Both the position numbers and the translations under genes were made by a program. A stretch of DNA of 63,585 nucleotides, counting the filler, from Octopus bimaculoides (taxonomy: Eukaryota), in the NCBI RefSeq assembly GCF_001194135.2. It is 8 parts of 7 records of this genome, joined end to end, with 100 filler letters (N's around TTAATTAATTAA, not from the genome) between each part and the next. Parts side by side here need not be neighbours in the genome. Positions count along the whole stretch, not along the records: positions 57,764 to 61,315 come from NC_068995.1; positions 61,416 to 63,585 come from NC_069001.1; 6 more parts are not named here. One strand, 5' to 3'. The notes under the pieces are model-generated. The model did no database searches. It saw only the letters and a program-made list of their open reading frames with translations, and had not been told where the DNA came from. Position 1 is the stretch's first letter, and each line of letters starts with the position of its first letter. Below, one piece after another: positions 60,696 to 63,585 of this stretch.

Positions 60696-63497
60696 ACATA
60701 GCTAGTAAATTTAGGTGAATCTGCGGTGCATCTAACCTTAAAAAATCTAAGTCTTATCCTTTTGAATAAAGGCATTCGTGGAGGTAGATATCAAATATAT
60801 ACCATAAAATTACATATCAACTGTTAAAATAGAAATTCTGTATTATATTGTATACGGTATATGATGCCTTGAAGGAACATGTGCTAACATCCCTGAAGCA
60901 TATATTGGAAAGACAGTTCGTAGTATTATCGAAAGATACAGTGAACATTGGCACATCTGTACAGCTATAATGAAATAGGAAGTACTTATATTTTTACCAA
61001 CAGGCGTTACATAAAACGAATAATCTAATTAAACGATTAGCATAGGAATTATATCTCATTGAAATAATGCTTACATTAGTAACAGAATCGTTCTCTATGA
61101 GATTGCAAACCTTAAGCCTGAATGGAGCAACAAGAATGAATCACTAGATACGTATGTATGTATGTATGTATGCATGTATGTATGTATGTATGTATGCATG
61201 TATGTATGTATGTATGTATGTGTATGTATGTGTGTGTATATATGCATGTATGTATTATGTATGTATGTATGCATGCATGCACGTATGTATGTATATATAT
61301 ATATATATATATATANNNNNNNNNNNNNNNNNNNNNNNNNNNNNNNNNNNNNNNNNNNNTTAATTAATTAANNNNNNNNNNNNNNNNNNNNNNNNNNNNN
61401 NNNNNNNNNNNNNNNATATATATATATATATACATACATACAGAAACGGAGAGAAAAACCGAGAGGAATTTATGAAAAGAAACAAACAAACAAAAATAGA
61501 CATAATTAAGCCTTTGCACGAAACAAACAGAGGAGGCTAAGTCGCAAAGCACTGAAATCGATAGAGGAATTAGAAAAGGTGCACGTCAAAAACGTGCCAA
61601 CTTCATTGTCACTTTAGTGACTGGATGCTACAATCAGGTAACTCACTACCCATGTCACACTATATCCAAGAACAGCCAGTGATCNNNNNNNNNNNNNNNN
61701 NNNNNNNNNNNNNNNNNNNNNNNNNNNNNNNNNNNNNNNNNNNNNNNNNNNNNNNNNNNNNNNNNNNNNNNNNNNNNNNNNNNNATATATATATATAAAT
61801 CTGTAAATTTATATATACACACATATGTCCATGCTTGTGTGTGTATATGTATAATGTATATTCATTCTCTATTACAAACTTTGGAAATTGCATATAAATA
61901 TGATATTTTCTCGGCTTTTCTCTCGTAGTTTTTATTCAATTCAAATAAAACTTTCCTCATATATAATGAATTTTATATATCCACATATAACCACCCACGT
62001 TTAAATAACTCTAGTCCAATTATAAATTCTCTTTCTGTCTCTCTTTCTTTTCTCCCTTTGTTATATTCTACATCATCCTCACCCACTTCATTTCACTTTC
62101 TCCTCTTCCTCCAGCATGTTCATATTATATGAAACACGTTAATATTTTGTCAATATATATCTTCTGTCGAAGTCAATGATAAAAATGAAATGATATGATG
62201 GCGTGTCCTTCTTCGTAATTATAAATGGAATTTCTGCTGATCGATAAATTGCGTGTAATGTTTAGTTTGCTTAATTTCTGACACCTTAATCACAATATTT
62301 CAAGATTCCATTAAAACGTATCTCAAATTTCACTAATCTGATGAAAGGATCTCAGACCTGCAAGACTCAACGAATTAATAAGATAGCTTCTGGGTTGTAG
62401 GTTAATCTATTAGAAAAAAGCAACACACAAAATAACTATCAAATTAGGCACAGAGAGCGAATTTGATAATATAGGCCTCAGGATTAAGATATAATGCTTA
62501 GGACTATTTGCTAACACAACCCCTGAATATTGTCGAAATATTTATAATAATAAGAAAACGTTTAAAGATTGAAGACAGCAATTCCATTGCAGAGTATATG
62601 TATGCGATTGCTTCTGCTTAAGTAGGAAATCTCAGTGTGAATAATTTACATATGCTGGCATCGTCACATATAGACATACATATATACAGACGATCGTATT
62701 TATCTACCTTACAGTGTCCATAGCTGTCCTCCTAACTTTCTGTTATAGTCTCACTTTATCCCGTCTTCGGTAAAGAGATCGGTGTAGCTTCAATGAGACA
62801 AGGATTACTTCAAAGCAACTTAAGAAAATGTTTCATAAACAAGCTTTTAGAATATTGCAATGAAAAGATGCACCAGAAAAACAACTGTTTTAGAAAGATA
62901 TAAATATACCATAATAAATGGCAGCAGTTATTTAAGACCTTACATTAAGCGCAATCAAATCATTTTGCGATCTTTGAAGAAAATTACAAATATGGACAAC
63001 CAAAGTAGAACAAAGCATAACAACAAAATAACTTCCCGTAATGTCGCATCATATCAAATATTCCCAAATAAATGTATGTCTAGTAATTCAGCCAATCGTG
63101 CAATTGTCTTTAACATAGTTCGTCTTACAAAAATACTTGAAGAGAAATTATTTATTTTGTTCAGTTTTAAATATAGTCTCAAATCAACCGCCGTCATATT
63201 ATTTCGAATGACGTATAAATATATACACGCATATATTTCGATAGAGAAATAGGTAGATATTTACATATAAGAAACATTTTAAACGAACTCACAAACGCAA
63301 GGATGTTGCAAATAGAAGAAGTAATGAAAGTGCGCTTTCGAAAGCGAGAAGTAATTGCTACTGAATCACAACGGTTGAAGTTATATTATTTTCAAGAATA
63401 ACAGAATTGGCGTAGAATGATTGACTTTATGCTTCGTTACATGGAGATCTCTATTGTTTTTAAATTGTTAGTTGTAATTTGATGACAACTAGCCATA

Positions 63498-63499
63498 TG

Positions 63500-63576
<77 letters not shown>

Positions 63577-63585
63577 ATATATATA
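63498..63585. repeat. (CTAT)n then (TA)n microsatellite
   Basis: Direct reading. Confidence 0.95.

Noticed and set aside
62735-62790. 33-nt minus-strand segment YTDLFTEDGI with plausible splice sites
   Set aside because: Too short to distinguish from chance without transcript data.
62860-63252. 130-aa ORF
   Set aside because: AT-rich composition, no motifs and no splice support.
1-63585. Most ORFs in the supplied track (poly-YI, CV, HT, II, MM, EE, X runs; recurring SINE peptides such as YLFNRPRKDERQSRP and LLSVSVYQIHSQGFGRP)
   Set aside because: Translations of microsatellites, N gaps and non-coding SINEs.

Overview
Eukaryotic, AT-rich, microsatellite- and retroposon-dense DNA with many assembly gaps. 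It is most likely an octopus/cephalopod genome (inferred from the repeat landscape, not proven). Seven ~100-nt linkers (a run of N, TTAATTAATTAA, a run of N) split the window into eight separately assembled pieces, so gene context does not carry across them. Two host genes are supported. (1) Three consecutive minus-strand RICTOR exons at 3026-5849. (2) The last two plus-strand exons (44047-44870) of a probable Y_phosphatase3/IphP-PtpB-type tyrosine phosphatase. The rest is a nested transposon graveyard: two tRNA-SINE families; RTE, CR1, L1/Tx1 and Penelope-like retroelements; a Helitron with both ends; a hAT (Buster/Charlie-like) element; a mariner fragment; a DD~82E (Sailor-like) Tc1/IS630 transposase; and a MITE with an 8-bp TSD. 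The most notable signals are four unrelated minimal type I hammerhead ribozyme motifs within 33 kb (the one at 52361-52415 has an intact core, no Penelope ORF nearby and overlaps a consensus CTCF motif), and a 46-bp duplication of a RICTOR exon end plus donor site that creates a possible in-frame 18-nt micro-exon. Almost all ORFs in the supplied track are microsatellite or gap artefacts. No CRISPR array, rRNA or intact tRNA gene was seen.
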